This document shows, one piece after another, positions 1 through 11,855 of a stretch of 64,000 bases of DNA; the stretch's first letter is position 1, and each line of letters starts with the position of its first letter. The notes under the pieces were generated by a model. The model was not told where the DNA came from. It did not search any database and saw only the letters and a program-made list of their open reading frames with translations. A program made the translations under genes and the position numbers. Source of the stretch: Eledone cirrhosa (Eukaryota); contig OZ024755.1 of assembly GCA_964016885.1 (NCBI GenBank), positions 18,724,001-18,788,000 of the forward strand. Reading direction: 5' to 3'.

Positions 1-908
1 CATATCCTTAACACGGGCCACTGAAGACTTAGTTGGTATATCCAGTCAGATACAGTAAATAAATCTGACTATGGTGGAAACCGAAGTGATTACACCCTCT
101 CCAGGCGGGGGTTGAAAACAAATTGTTGATCACGATATAAAATCAATTAAGAAATTAAAAGTAACTAAAAATAAACTTAGTGTGGGATTCATTTTTTTTT
201 TTTTTTTTTGTTTAAGTTCACACTAAACCAATATTTTAAAATAAATAAATATATATATATTCCGTTGACTGTGTGTGTGTGTATATATATGCGTGTGTAT
301 GTATATTCCTGGGAGTCGAACTATAAATTTCTTTTTAGTAAATCCATAATTTTTTGGGGGGGAGAAAAAAGACAGTTGTAAATTATATCCAGGGAAAAGA
401 CGAAGAAAAATAACAAGAGAAAGATCGCAGCATTTCTATTAATGTATAATAACCCATATGGCAGTTGTACAGTTAGAATACTCGGGTGGTTTCTATCTCT
501 ACTATTATTGTTGTGATTTCCCCCACCTCCTCTCTCTCTCTCTCTCTCTCTCTCTTCCCTTGTGTAGTTTTGTTGTTGTTTTTTTTTATTTTTTTTTAAA
601 GCTTAGTACATCAGGTAATTTCCAATTTCAAACAAACCGGCGCAAACACGGCAATAAAATAATCCCTGGGGTACTTCCAATGAATTCTGTATCCATTAAG
701 GAATGGACACAACAAACAACCGACACGAAAGAAAGAAAGAATGAAAGCAACAAAGAAATCAAAGTAAATGCAGCAGGCAGAACGGCTAAAGGAATGTCAC
801 AGGCAGACTTGTCTCACTCTGTATTATTCCATCTCTCTCACTCTCTCTCTCTGCCTTACGCTCATCCTGTCTCACTTTGTCTTACTCTATCTCTCTGTGT
901 GTTTTACT

Positions 909-946
<38 letters not shown>

Positions 947-1134
947 GTTTTACTCTGTTTCTCTCTCTCTCTCTCACTGTGCCTTACTCTGTCTTACTCT
1001 CTCTCTGTCTCTCTCACCCCGACTCCTCTTAAATGAATGGACTGTTTTTGATGTCAACTAGAAGAACAGGTAGTTTAGGACGAAATTTTTTCTCTCTCCC
1101 GACTTCCTCGACTCAAATGCTGCTGCTGCTGTCG

Positions 1135-1475
1135 ATACTACTACCACCACCACAATTATTACTATTCCTACTACTACTACCACCACCACCACCACTACAA
1201 CAATTATTACTATTCCTACTACTACTACCACCACCACTACAAACATTATTACTATTCCTACTACTACTACTACCACGACAATTATTACTATTCCTACTAA
1301 CACCACCACTACAATTATTACTATTCCTACTAACACCACCACTACCACCACGACAATTATTACTATTCCTACTAACACCACCACTACCACCACTACAATT
1401 ATTACTATTCCTACCACCACCACGACTACTGCCACAATTACTACTACTACTACCACCACCACCACCACAACTACC
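1135..1475. repeat. (ACC/ACT)n-based compound repeat; similar tracts at 3585-3950 and 55570-56680
   Basis: CAATTATTACTATTCCTACTA anchors separated by variable triplet runs. Confidence 0.9.
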
Positions 1476-1978
1476 GTTGTAATTACATTAGCTCCCTCAT
1501 ACCTGTACTACTACTACTACTGTTGCAACTGTTTACTATAGCAACTGGACTGCTTGCTGTAAAAACGTTCTTTTACAATAAATTTGTTCATTCTGCCCTG
1601 ATTAGCAATATATAATACACTCTCTACTCTACCACAGTGTAGACAACTACAAAAACTAATTTGAAAGTAACCGGCACAACATGACATGCTATGCCATGCC
1701 ATGCCATGCCTTCCTTTGGCATGGCATTGTATGAAGTCTTGTAATTCCATTCCTAATCAAAAGAAGCTGAAGTTTACCATTCCTTAGAAAGATAGCTTTT
1801 GTACAAAAAATACCCAGCTGCATATGTCCTGTTTAGAATAGGTACACTGTATCCTTGTGTGCTGTTATGAAGGGCTTAAGCGGAACTGTCGGGAAGGGCA
1901 TCCGGCTGTAAAACATTGCTGCGAAAAAGTCCCTCATCCAACCCATGCCGACAATGGAAAAGTCGACATAAAAATAAT

Positions 1979-2015
<37 letters not shown>

Positions 2016-2017
<2 letters not shown>

Positions 2018-2147
2018 CCTGGGTTCAATCGGGGGTAACCACAGTAAGTAAGGTACTCAATACACAGAGTATATACAAAATTTAATATAGAAATGGCTTC
2101 TACAGGACTAGAACTGTTTCATTCGAAGGAAATCACCAGGAAAGCCC
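2016..2147 (-). mobile_element. H2-bearing repeat (Penelope-like pLTR/retrozyme fragment); also at 10691-10806 (+) and 61735-62316
   Basis: Shared GGTAACCACAGTAAGTAAGGTACTCAATAC...TACAGGACTAGAACTGTTTCATTC sequence, flanked by (TG)n/(TA)n. Confidence 0.55.
2095..2146 (-). ncRNA. Hammerhead motif, family H2, core variant CUGGUGA
   Basis: Minus strand GGCTTTC-CTGGTGA-TTTCCTTCGAAT-GAAA-CAGTTCTAGTCCTG-TA-GAAGCC; stem I sequence differs from the 62250 copy but still pairs. Confidence 0.55.
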
Positions 2148-2187
2148 TATATATATATATATATATTACACACAATATATTAATAAA

Positions 2188-2480
2188 CAATATATTAATA
2201 AATGGAAACTATATTTATAAAACCATATTTATTTTATTATACATATTTCAAGGCAAATTATGGTGTCTTTTTTTCCGGGTATGTCAATATTTATTTATAA
2301 AACAAATCTGTATTTTATCTGATGAAAGCGCACCATAATTTGCCTTGGTTGCCCTTGAAATATGTATAATAAAATAAATATGGTTTTATAAATATAGTTT
2401 CCATTTATTAATATATTGTGTATTTACTCCATTAAATTGTTGAGTGCTTTATATCAGTTATAAAAAATTTTAAATTAAAT
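2188..2480 (+). mobile_element. H1-bearing repeat with partial inverted duplication; also at 51423-51603 (+) and 52385-52642 (-)
   Basis: 2188-2265 is an inverted copy of 2331-2418; all three copies abut (TA)n. Confidence 0.55.
2311..2376 (+). ncRNA. Hammerhead ribozyme motif, family H1 (minimal type I)
   Basis: TATTTTAT-CTGATGA-AAGCGCACC..GGTTGCCCTT-GAAA-TATGTA-TA-ATAAAATA: 8-bp stem I, intact core, stem II, short near-palindromic stem III, AUA cleavage triplet. Confidence 0.75.
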
Positions 2481-2498
2481 ATAACCTTTGCATATATA

Positions 2499-2839
2499 TC
2501 ATCATCATCATCTCATTTTACGTCCACTTTTCCCTGCTTGCAAGGGTGGGACGGGAACTGATTCTGGCTTGATTTCTGCAGCTGGATGCCCTTCCTAACA
2601 CCAACCTCATTTACAGTGAGTGCTGGGTGCTTTTTTTGCCGTGGCACCTCCACGACCACTCTACAGTGGAATGATAGGGACCCCAGTCCCTATCATCTCA
2701 TTTCTACAGCTGAGTGAACTGGAGCAATGTGAAATAAAGTGTCTTGCTCAAGGAAACAACACATCACCCGGTCTGAGAATTGAACACACAACCTTTCGAT
2801 TGCAAGGCCAATGCTCTAACCACTAAGCCATATGCCTCC
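2499..2839 (-). mobile_element. tRNA-derived CORE-type SINE (family B), full length
   Basis: Head GGAGGC.TATGGCTTAGTGGTTAGAGC (A box), GTTCAATTCTC (B box), CORE-like TTCCTTGAGCAAGACACTTTA, tail GTTAGGAAGGGCATCCAGC...GGACGTAAAATGA(GAT)n. Confidence 0.8.
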
Positions 2840-2902
2840 ATATAATATATCTAACCCATGCTAGCGTGGAAGATAGACGTTAAACGATGATGATGATTTA
2901 TT

Positions 2903-2940
<38 letters not shown>

Positions 2941-3040
2941 AAATGTGTGAAATTCTTATTACAGTTAGGTATATTTGAAAAAAGGAAAAGGATAACTTCA
3001 TTTAATACCAACTACAAATGAAGTCATTCTTTTCCTTTTT

Positions 3041-3043
<3 letters not shown>

Positions 3044-3118
<75 letters not shown>

Positions 3119-3255
3119 TATATGTATGTATTTATACACACAGAGTCACTAATGTATATTAGTCCAGTAAACAATACTTCTTATACATACAATCAAAATA
3201 TGTATGTATGTATAGATATAAATATATATATAAATATATATATTTATATATATAT

Positions 3256-3304
<49 letters not shown>

Positions 3305-3370
3305 AATATATTTATATATAAATATATAAATATATATATATATAAATATATAAATATATATATATATATA

Positions 3371-3402
<32 letters not shown>

Positions 3403-3481
3403 AATATATATATAAATATATATATATAAATGTATATATATAAATGTATATATATAAATATATATATATATAAATATATAT
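3044..3481. repeat. (TA)n microsatellite; other large simple repeats at 9531 (TA), 9821 (12-mer), 10010-10420 (AG-rich), 22055 (TA), 43835 (AG), 54870-55420 (TG-rich), 57893-58103 (AG), 58475-58850 (CT-rich)
   Basis: Direct inspection. Confidence 0.95.
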
Positions 3482-4202
3482 GTCATGTGCCCACATTAAA
3501 ACAAAACTCCAGTTAGTCTCTTCTACTTCTTTCTCTTCAACAATCTTTGTTTTTATTTACTGTTAACTCACTTTTCTTTCCCCCTACCACCATCACCTCT
3601 CTTTCTCCTCCCCACCACCCACCACCCACCTCTTCTACCTCTTTTTCTAGTAGCCACCACCACCACTACCACTACTACCTTCTTTTCTAGTCCCCACCAC
3701 CACCATCTCATCTCCCTCTCTTTCTAGTCCCTCTCATCCACCACCATCACCATCACCACTACCACCTCTTTCTAGTAACTACCACCACCACCATCTCTTC
3801 TCCCTCTCTTTCTAGTTCTTCTCATCCACCACCATCACCATCACCACTACCACCTCTTTCTAGTCGCCACCACCACCACCACCACCACCACTAGCATCAC
3901 TGCTGCCATACCCATCATGTTATTATTATTATTATTATTTACCATTATCACCATCAGTCTTCATAACTTAGTGTGATATATAAATTCCAGAGGGAGATAG
4001 GCTGAGAAGTTATAGCAGGAGTTAGTTCCATGCCAAGGACCCACAAACTAAGAAGACAAGGATAACTGAAGAAAAGAAAAGAAAAAAAATATCCTTTATT
4101 CCTCAAAGGTATATTTTTATCTACAATAAAAAATATATGAGGAAAATAGCTGAGTTGATTAAACCTTACTGCTGTTAACTAAAAGAAGCTGTTCAAAATA
4201 TA

Positions 4203-4386
4203 ACAGTTTCTACTTTGGGGCACAAGGCCAGCAATTATCCCAGTGTATTACTGGTACTTTATTTTATCGACCCCCCGTAAGGATGAAAGGCAAAGTTAAC
4301 CTCGGCGGGATTTGAACTCAGTCCGTAAAGTAACGTAACTCTTTGCTGCAAAGCATGGCGTCCGACCCTCTACCGATACCTGCCAA
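4203..4386 (-). mobile_element. tRNA-derived SINE family A
   Basis: Consensus TGGCAGTATCGGTAGAG (A box), GAGTTCAAATCCC (B box), CTTTGCCTTTCATCCTTACGGGGTCGATAAAATAAAGTACCAG, tail GTAGAAACAATTAT; CAAAATATAAC duplicated at both flanks. Confidence 0.8.
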
Positions 4387-4480
4387 CAAAATATAACTCT
4401 CAACTAAAAGAAGCACAAACACACACACACAAATATTTATATATATATATATATGTGTATATATATATATATATATGTGC

Positions 4481-4660
4481 AAAATTCAGGACACCCACGG
4501 CTGAGCTCCTGCCATTTCAACAGCTAAATCCAAACTCAGTTCGGATCTAGCTGTTGAAATGGCAAGAGCTCAGTCATGGGGTCCCTGAATTTTTCATATT
4601 GCCTACTCTACGAGACTCTGGTGAGTAATGGTCTAACTGGTCTTTACTGCTTCTATTCAA
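4481..4660. repeat. About 115-bp imperfect palindrome plus tail in (TA)n, diverged relative of family D
   Basis: AAAATTCAGG..GGCTGAGCTC.TGCCATTTCAACAGCTA / TAGCTGTTGAAATGGCA.GAGCTCAG..CCTGAATTTT. Confidence 0.65.
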
Positions 4661-4683
4661 TATATATAAATATATATATATAT

Positions 4684-5028
4684 GGAGGCACATGGCTTAG
4701 TGGTTAGAGCATTGGCCTTGCAATCGAAAGGTTGTGAGTTCAATTCTCAGACTGAGTGATGTGTTATTTCCTTGAGCAAGACACTTTATTTCACATTGCT
4801 CCAGTTTACTCAGCTGTAGAAATGAGATGATAGGGACTGGGGTCCCTATCATTCCACTGCAAAGTGGTCGTGGAGGTACCACGGCAAAAAAGCACCCAGC
4901 ACTCACTGTAAATGAGGTTGGTGTTAGGAAGGGCATCCAGCTGTAGAAATCAAGCCAGAATCAGTTCCCATCCCACCCTTGCAAGCAGGGAAAAAGCGGA
5001 CATAAAATGAAATGAAAATGAATGATGA
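4684..5028 (+). mobile_element. SINE family B, full length; partial copies at 9697-9784 (+), 11300-11466 (-), 17838-17952 (-), 54172-54340 (+)
   Basis: Near-identical reverse complement of 2499-2839, inserted in (TA)n. Confidence 0.8.
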
Positions 5029-5047
5029 TATATACGTATACATACAG

Positions 5048-5092
<45 letters not shown>

Positions 5093-5497
5093 ACAAAGTC
5101 ACTGGACCGAGATCTTTGGCGCTACGCAGTAATACAAAAGACCCGCCTTGCCTAAGTACAAAGCGAAACCTACAGTCGGTAGGCACCTCTTAATCAAATA
5201 TACCCCCCCCCCATCCACAACACCCCTTCCAATGTAAAGTTATGTTGGTACCACAGCATCCAGTCCTAAATAAATGAGGTCGTGTAGGTGTCACGACAAA
5301 AAAAACACACAGGCCATGCTGTAATGTGGCCGTGTAGGTAACACGGTAAAAACCTCCCAGTTCACACTGTAAACGTGGTTGGTGTTAGGAAGGGCACCCA
5401 GCCTTTGTTATATATATATAACAAAGGAATTGTGGTAAGGAACCAGAAGTAGCCGTCGAAACGGCTTGAGCTCTGCCGTCGGGGTCATACTTTTTCC

Positions 5498-5528
<31 letters not shown>

Positions 5529-6039
5529 TATACATACACACCTATTATATATATATATATACACACACACAGACAAACATGTATTCAGAAATATACACAT
5601 ACATATATATATATATATATATACCTATATGTGGGTATGTATGTATGTATGTATGTATGTATACACGTATGTATGTGTGTGTGTGTGTATGTCTATACGT
5701 ATAATAGATAGGTGTATTTGAGTGTGTTAGTGTGTATAGATACACATTTTTTTTTTCCTTAACATACAACAGTAGCAGTGAAGAAAAAGAGGTACATATG
5801 TGACAGCTATTCTACCCCCCCCCCCCCCCCCCCCCCCGGTGCCTGATACCATACCACCACCACCCCTAGTACACAAGAGATTATTACTGAAACAAGATCC
5901 CTTGGAATATACTACATAACAACAACAGCACACTTAAGTCCCTTCCCTAGACAAAACTGCAGACTGACCTTATTGATCTTCTAGGAGGCTTACCCCATAT
6001 ACTTAAACTCCATACAGATAAACACATTCATACACTCAA

Positions 6040-6225
6040 GCATACATACAGACATACATACATGGTGGTTGCCAACTCGTTTTCGAGTACGGCCACTACT
6101 TTATATCCATGTAGGAGAACCCCAACCGATGCGCTGAACAAGTGTGACTTTTTAGTCCAGCCAGCGTATTGAAAACTCTGGTACAAACACTACACTTGTG
6201 ACAATTATTGACACAGTGCTGGGCC
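6040..6225 (-). mobile_element. RTE (BovB-like) LINE 3' end with terminal C2H2 finger
   Basis: HKCSVCTRVFNTLAGLKSHTCSAH, short 3'UTR and (TATG)n tail. Confidence 0.55.
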
Positions 6226-7229
6226 CATGATACCATGCGACGACAAGTGCAGAGAGATCTCCAGATATAAAGCAATGCCTTTGCCATGAAGCTTTTATAG
6301 TGAGCAAAGGCACTGCACAAAGCCAGTCCCACTCTCTTAACCAAGATGATATTTACCAAAAAGAAGAACAAGTCAACATCATTGGATACCATCAGGGTTG
6401 CAGGTGTTATATCAGAGTTTTCCTTCTCCTAGAATTCTGCCTTGACAAAGGCTAAAGGGTCATCTCTCCCATACATACATACATACATACATACATATAA
6501 TTTTGTATATGAGTGTGAAATATATACATGTATATATGCATACATTACACACTCAAACAAAATTATAGTTTACCCATATATATATATACTTACATTCTCA
6601 TACAAGTTGTGTATAAATTAGTGTATATATATATATGGGTGTGTGTATGTAAGTATATATATATATGTGTATGTATATATGTATATATACAAAGACAGAT
6701 GTATGTACTGGGATATATAAAATAATAAATTACTTTAAGTATAAAATAAGTTTCCTTAAAAACACTCCCTTTAAAGGATATGGGCTTTATTTTTTTTATT
6801 TTCTCTAGGCTTCCTCAAAGCTAATGTCACCCTGTTTCTCTGTCTCTCCCCTTCTCTCTCTGTCTGTCTCTCTCACCCTCTATGTCTCTCTCCCTCTCTG
6901 TGTTCCCCCCTCACTCTCTCTCCATTAAAATAAGGGCTTCCCCCTCCACGTTCAGTACACCAAAATAAACATACAAGAACCAGAAATCCAGTTAAAAGTC
7001 CTCAATACATAAAGAATGACATTTGTTCCAGACCATCTCTATTGTTAGAGAAGCTCTAAATATTTCCATACAGTTGTATTTGGGGGATTAAATTTATTAT
7101 CATAACAATAATTGTTGCTGCTGCTGTTGTTGTTGTTTAGCTCCAGGACAACTCTGACTGATAAGACCTATCACCAAAGATGCTCCAGTTGCGACCATCC
7201 TATCTTTTTTCTATGTGCAAGGACTCCAA

Positions 7230-7849
7230 GAGCAGATTATCCAATCAACTTTATTTAACCCTTTAGCATTTACACTGGCTGTATCCAGCCAGAATTCTCT
7301 CACCTCTTTCTGTTTAAACCAACCATAACTGGCCACTCCTACTAATGTTAAGGTATTGTTCTCAAAATAAATGATATCAAAATCTCGTAGATTCGATATT
7401 GTGTGAGATAATTGTGGGGTAAAAACCTTCACCACGGAAATACAATAACAAATATAGAGTAATGTAAATGCTAAAGGGTTCAAGTGTGATTTGAAGTAGA
7501 GTTGACTCCTGTTTCTAGCAGGTCCGGGCAAACATACTGAGAGCAGATTATCCAATCAACTTTATTTAACCCTTTAGCATTTAAACTGGCTGTATCCAGC
7601 CAGAATTCTCTCACCTCTTTCTGTTTAAACCAACCATAACTGGCCACTCCTACTAATGTTAAGGTATTGTTCTCAAAATAAATGATATCAAAATCTCGTA
7701 GATTCGATATTATGTGAGATAATTGTGGGGTAAAAACCTTCACCACGAAAATACAATAGCAAATATAGAGTAATGTAAATGCTAAAGGGTTCAAGTATGA
7801 TTTGAAGTAGAGTTGACTCCTGTTTCTAGCAGGTCCAGGCAAACATACT
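7230..7849. repeat. 311-bp tandem duplication
   Basis: AGCAGATTATCCAATC at 7231 and 7542; the two units differ by only a few bases. Confidence 0.9.
7259..7478. mobile_element. MITE family C (piggyBac-like TTAA target); duplicated at 7570-7789
   Basis: TTAA-CCCTTTAGCATTTA...TAAATGCTAAAGGG-TTCA. Confidence 0.75.
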
Positions 7850-8002
7850 GGCTCACTTCTTGTTATGGGTGGAAGTTCTAATAGCAATCAAGACATTTCT
7901 TCTTCTTCTCCTCATCTTCCTCCTTCATTGTTTCAATATACAGTAGTAACTTTCTTGTCTGATGTTAGATTAAATGGCCACCAATTGCAACCAGGAAACA
8001 TT

Positions 8003-8258
8003 TCATCCTTACAGGGTCGATAAAATAAAGTACCAGTAATGCACTGGGTAATTGCTGGCCTTGTGCCAAAAAGTAGAAACAATTATATAGTTGCCGGACG
8101 TCATGTTTTGACGCATAGAGTTACGGCCCTTGCCATTCTGAGTTCAAATCCCGCCGAGGTTAACTTTGCCTTCCATCCTTACGGGGGTCGATAAAATAAA
8201 GTACCAGTAATGTACTGGGTAATTGCTGGCCTTGTGCCAATAGTAGAAACAATTATAT
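8003..8258 (+). mobile_element. SINE A, two tandem 5'-truncated copies
   Basis: Both end in GTAGAAACAATTATATAGTTG. Confidence 0.75.
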
Positions 8259-8447
8259 AGTTGGCCCTTCTCAGAACATCCCAAATGGACATAGGTGACA
8301 TGAGAATTGAGTTGGCATAAAAAGATGATGTCACTGTAATTATGTCAGACATCATGGAGGCTCGAAGTGGTTAGAATCATTCTAAAGCAAGAATTCTCAA
8401 AGAAGAGGAAATTGGCTTTTGGAAAAATCCAAACTGAGAAAGAGTAG

Positions 8448-8775
8448 TATGTTGGGTTGGCCAAAAAGTGCATTTGTTTATTTGTTGGCACTAAACTTTA
8501 AGCACTCTAATAAGTAGCTAACTTTAGTTTGTCCTTTTCACACGTAGATTTGTTAGATACTCAACAATTGTTTGACATGAAGCTGTGACATGGCAGGTTA
8601 TATTTTATGCACTTGGGATCATCCTGAAATTGGAGAACCAAAACGAACATTATCGGCACCCGATGGTTTTTTATTTAAAAAAAGGGCAAAAGCCTGCAGG
8701 AAGATATGCGCTGTGTATGGATGGAGAAGATGATGTTATGGAATGTGTGTGATCAGAAGTAGTTTTCAACATTTT
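8448..8775 (+). pseudogene. Decayed mariner element: left TIR and transposase N-terminus
   Basis: TATGTTGGGTTGGCCAAAAAGT terminus; frameshifted ENQNEHYRHPMVFYLKKG / KICAVYG / EDDVMECV*QK*FSTF matches the mariner HTH region. Confidence 0.7.
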
Positions 8776-8959
8776 GATCCATACTATACATATTGGTAAT
8801 TTGTAGAAAAGGTCTTGTTATCAATTAAATCCTCCATTGTGAAGATCACCCTATAATTTTCCTTTGACCAGAATCGACAGACAGTTTTCTTCTAACTGGT
8901 TATTATGATGAAACACGTGTAGTTAACACAACTAAAAGTATGGAGGAGAGATACTTTAA

Positions 8960-9164
8960 CCTTTTAGCATTTAAACCGGCCATATCCGGCCAGAATTCTC
9001 TCACCTCTTTCTGTTCAAACCAGTCATTACCAGCCGTTCATAATGATGTTAAGGTATTGTTCTCAAAATAAATAATATGAAAATCTCGTAGATTCGATAT
9101 TATGTGAGATAAAGCCTTTACTGTGAAAATACAATAGTAAATAGGGTAATGTACTGCTAAAGGG
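8960..9164. mobile_element. MITE family C
   Basis: Same TIRs and internal sequence. Confidence 0.75.
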
Positions 9165-9525
9165 TTATGTCAAACTTGAACTTTTTTTACTTCTACTTAA
9201 AGAGAAGGTGCTGTCCTTTCCTTCAGTAAATTTGTTGAAAGGAGGCAAACAAGGCCCAAGTGAATAGGTTTACACTTAGTAGGTACTTGTAGAGACGTAT
9301 ACGACAGGTGGAATATTGAACTAAACATCTTACAATATTTAGTTACACCCCTTCCATGTTCTAAGAACAAATATAACCGAGATTGACTTCTCCATTCATC
9401 TCTCCAGGCCAGATATATCTCAAACTGGAATTTATATATTTATATGGTGACAATGTTACCAATTTTGGAGATCCAATGGCAACTCGTTTATTTATTCTAA
9501 CATTTTGGGGTTTGTGTGTGTATGC

Positions 9526-9606
<81 letters not shown>

Positions 9607-10851
9607 TGTATGTATAGTATATTTGGCAATATACTATACATACATTCATGTATACATCGCTATTTCAGAGCACCAATATTAATACCATATATATATGGAG
9701 GCTCATGGCTTAGTGGTTAGAGCATTGGCCTTGCAATCGAAAGGTTGTGAGTTCAATTCTCAGACCGGGTGATGTGTTGTTTCCCTTTTTCTCTCTCTCT
9801 TTCTCGCTAGTGACGTATTTAACAACACCAATAACAACACCAATAGCAACACCAATAGCAACACCAATAGCAACACCAATAGCAACACCAATAACAACAC
9901 CAATAACAACACCAATAACAACACCAATAACACAAGCCATGTATAACTTCACAAAGATGAATAAAAAATAAGTGAAATAACCTCTAACATATAAAACAGT
10001 TATATATGAAAGAGAGAATTGAGAGAAAGAGGAAGTAGAGAAAGAGAGAGAGTGATTGTAGTGAGATAGAGACAGAGAGAGTGTGGTTTAATGGAGTGAG
10101 AGAGTGGCAAACGAGACAAACGGAGAGAGAGTGGCAAGAAAGAGAGAGACAGAGAGAGTGTGGTGAGACAGAGACTGGCGAGAGAGAGAGAGAGTGGTGA
10201 GAGACAGAGAGAGAGTGGTGAGACAGACAGGGAGAGAGTGGTGAGAGAAAGAGAGACAGAGAGAGAGTGGTGAGACAGAGACAGACAGAGAGAGAGTGGT
10301 GAGACAGAGACAGACAGAGAGAGAGTGGTGAGACAGAGACTGGCGACAGAGAGAGAGAGAGAGAGAGAGAGTGGTGAGGGAGAGAGAGAGAGCAAAAGTG
10401 AGTGACGAGAGAGACAAGGAGAAAGAACATTTCAAAGAAAACTCAACTGACATATATAGATATCTATTAAAAATAAAACCATCTCAAGAAAGAATGTTGT
10501 CACACAAAGCAACAGAATATTGACAAACCAAAAAATAAGGCAAAATCAAAATGTCAATAGTTATAAAATCATTAAAGGAGAACATATGATGGAATTGTTA
10601 CCACCTGGATTAGAAAACAGCTTGCAAACTTAGTTCACTAGCTGCTTATAATTACAGTTATGAAAGATTTGTGTGTGTGTGTGTATATACCTTCAAATGA
10701 AACAGTTCTACCCCTGTAGAAGCCATTTCTATATTAAATCTTGTATATACTCTACTTTGTATTGAGTACCTTACTTACTGTGGTTACCCCCGATTGAACC
10801 TAGGATGGATATGTGTGTGTGTGTGTGTGTGAATATATTTGTACATATTCA

Positions 10852-11300
10852 TTTACAGTGAGTGCTGGGTGCTTTTTTTTTCCGTGGCGCCCACATGTTC
10901 ACTTTACGGTGTGGGCTGGGTGCTTTTTTGCCGTGGCACCCCCACGTCCACTTTACAGTGAGTGCTGGGTGCTTTTTTGCCGTGGCACCTCCACGTCCAC
11001 TTTACAGTGAGCCTGGGTGCTTTTTTGCCATGGCACCTCCACGACCACTTTACAGTGTGGGCTGGGTGCTTTTTTGCCGTGGCACCCCCACGTCCACTTT
11101 ACGGTGTGGGCTGGGTGCTTTTTTGCCGTGGCGCCCACACGTCCACTTTACAGTGAGTGCTGGGTGCTTTTTTGCCGTGGCACCTCCACGTCCACTTTAC
11201 AGTGAGTGCTGGGTGCTTTTTTTTTCCGTGGCGCCCACACGTCCACTTTACGGTGTGGGCTGGGTGCTTTTTTGCCGTGGCACCTCCACGACCACTCTAC
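10852..11300. repeat. About 49-bp tandem array (about 9 copies) inside a SINE B
   Basis: TTTACAGTGAGTGCTGGGTGCTTTTTTGCCGTGGCACCTCCACGTCCAC units. Confidence 0.85.
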
Positions 11301-11787
11301 AGTGGAATGATAGGGACCCCAGTCCCTATCATCTCATTTCTACAGCTGAGTAAACTGGAGCAATGTGAAATAAAGTGTCTTGCTCAAGGAAACAACACAT
11401 CACCCGGTCTGAGAATTGAACTCACAATCTTTCGATTGCAAGCCCAATGCTCTAACCACTAAGCCATAGAGAGAGAGAGAAAGAGAGAGAGAGAAAGGGA
11501 AATCTGTATGAGCAAAACATGGTCACCTAGCCTGAACCTGTCTCATAACATAACAACTCATCTTTTACCCATGCAAGCATGGAAAATAGACGTTAAGCTG
11601 TGATGAAGATGGTCATATGTATGTATCTAATATATATATATGTGTGTGTGTGTGTGAGTAATGGGTTTGAGTAATGGGTTTGTATTTTTAATAATACAAA
11701 CCTAATTATATCACTGAGTGACAGAAGAAACTACTGAGGCTGAGTCAATTCTCTTCAACTAGCTTTTTATACCTATATATATATATA

Positions 11788-11850
<63 letters not shown>

Positions 11851-11855
<5 letters not shown>

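Noticed and set aside
458-1482. Long ORFs rich in LS, PL or V (also 3122-3496, 9984-10453, 55491-56677, 58472-59086)
   Set aside because: Translations of microsatellites that lack stop codons
4684-4760. tRNA-like sequences at SINE heads
   Set aside because: A and B boxes are present but they run into SINE bodies and I see no complete cloverleaf
6096-6392. C2H2 zinc-finger gene
   Set aside because: Single finger with no TGEKP linker, followed by a LINE-type 3'UTR and tail; better explained as an RTE ORF end
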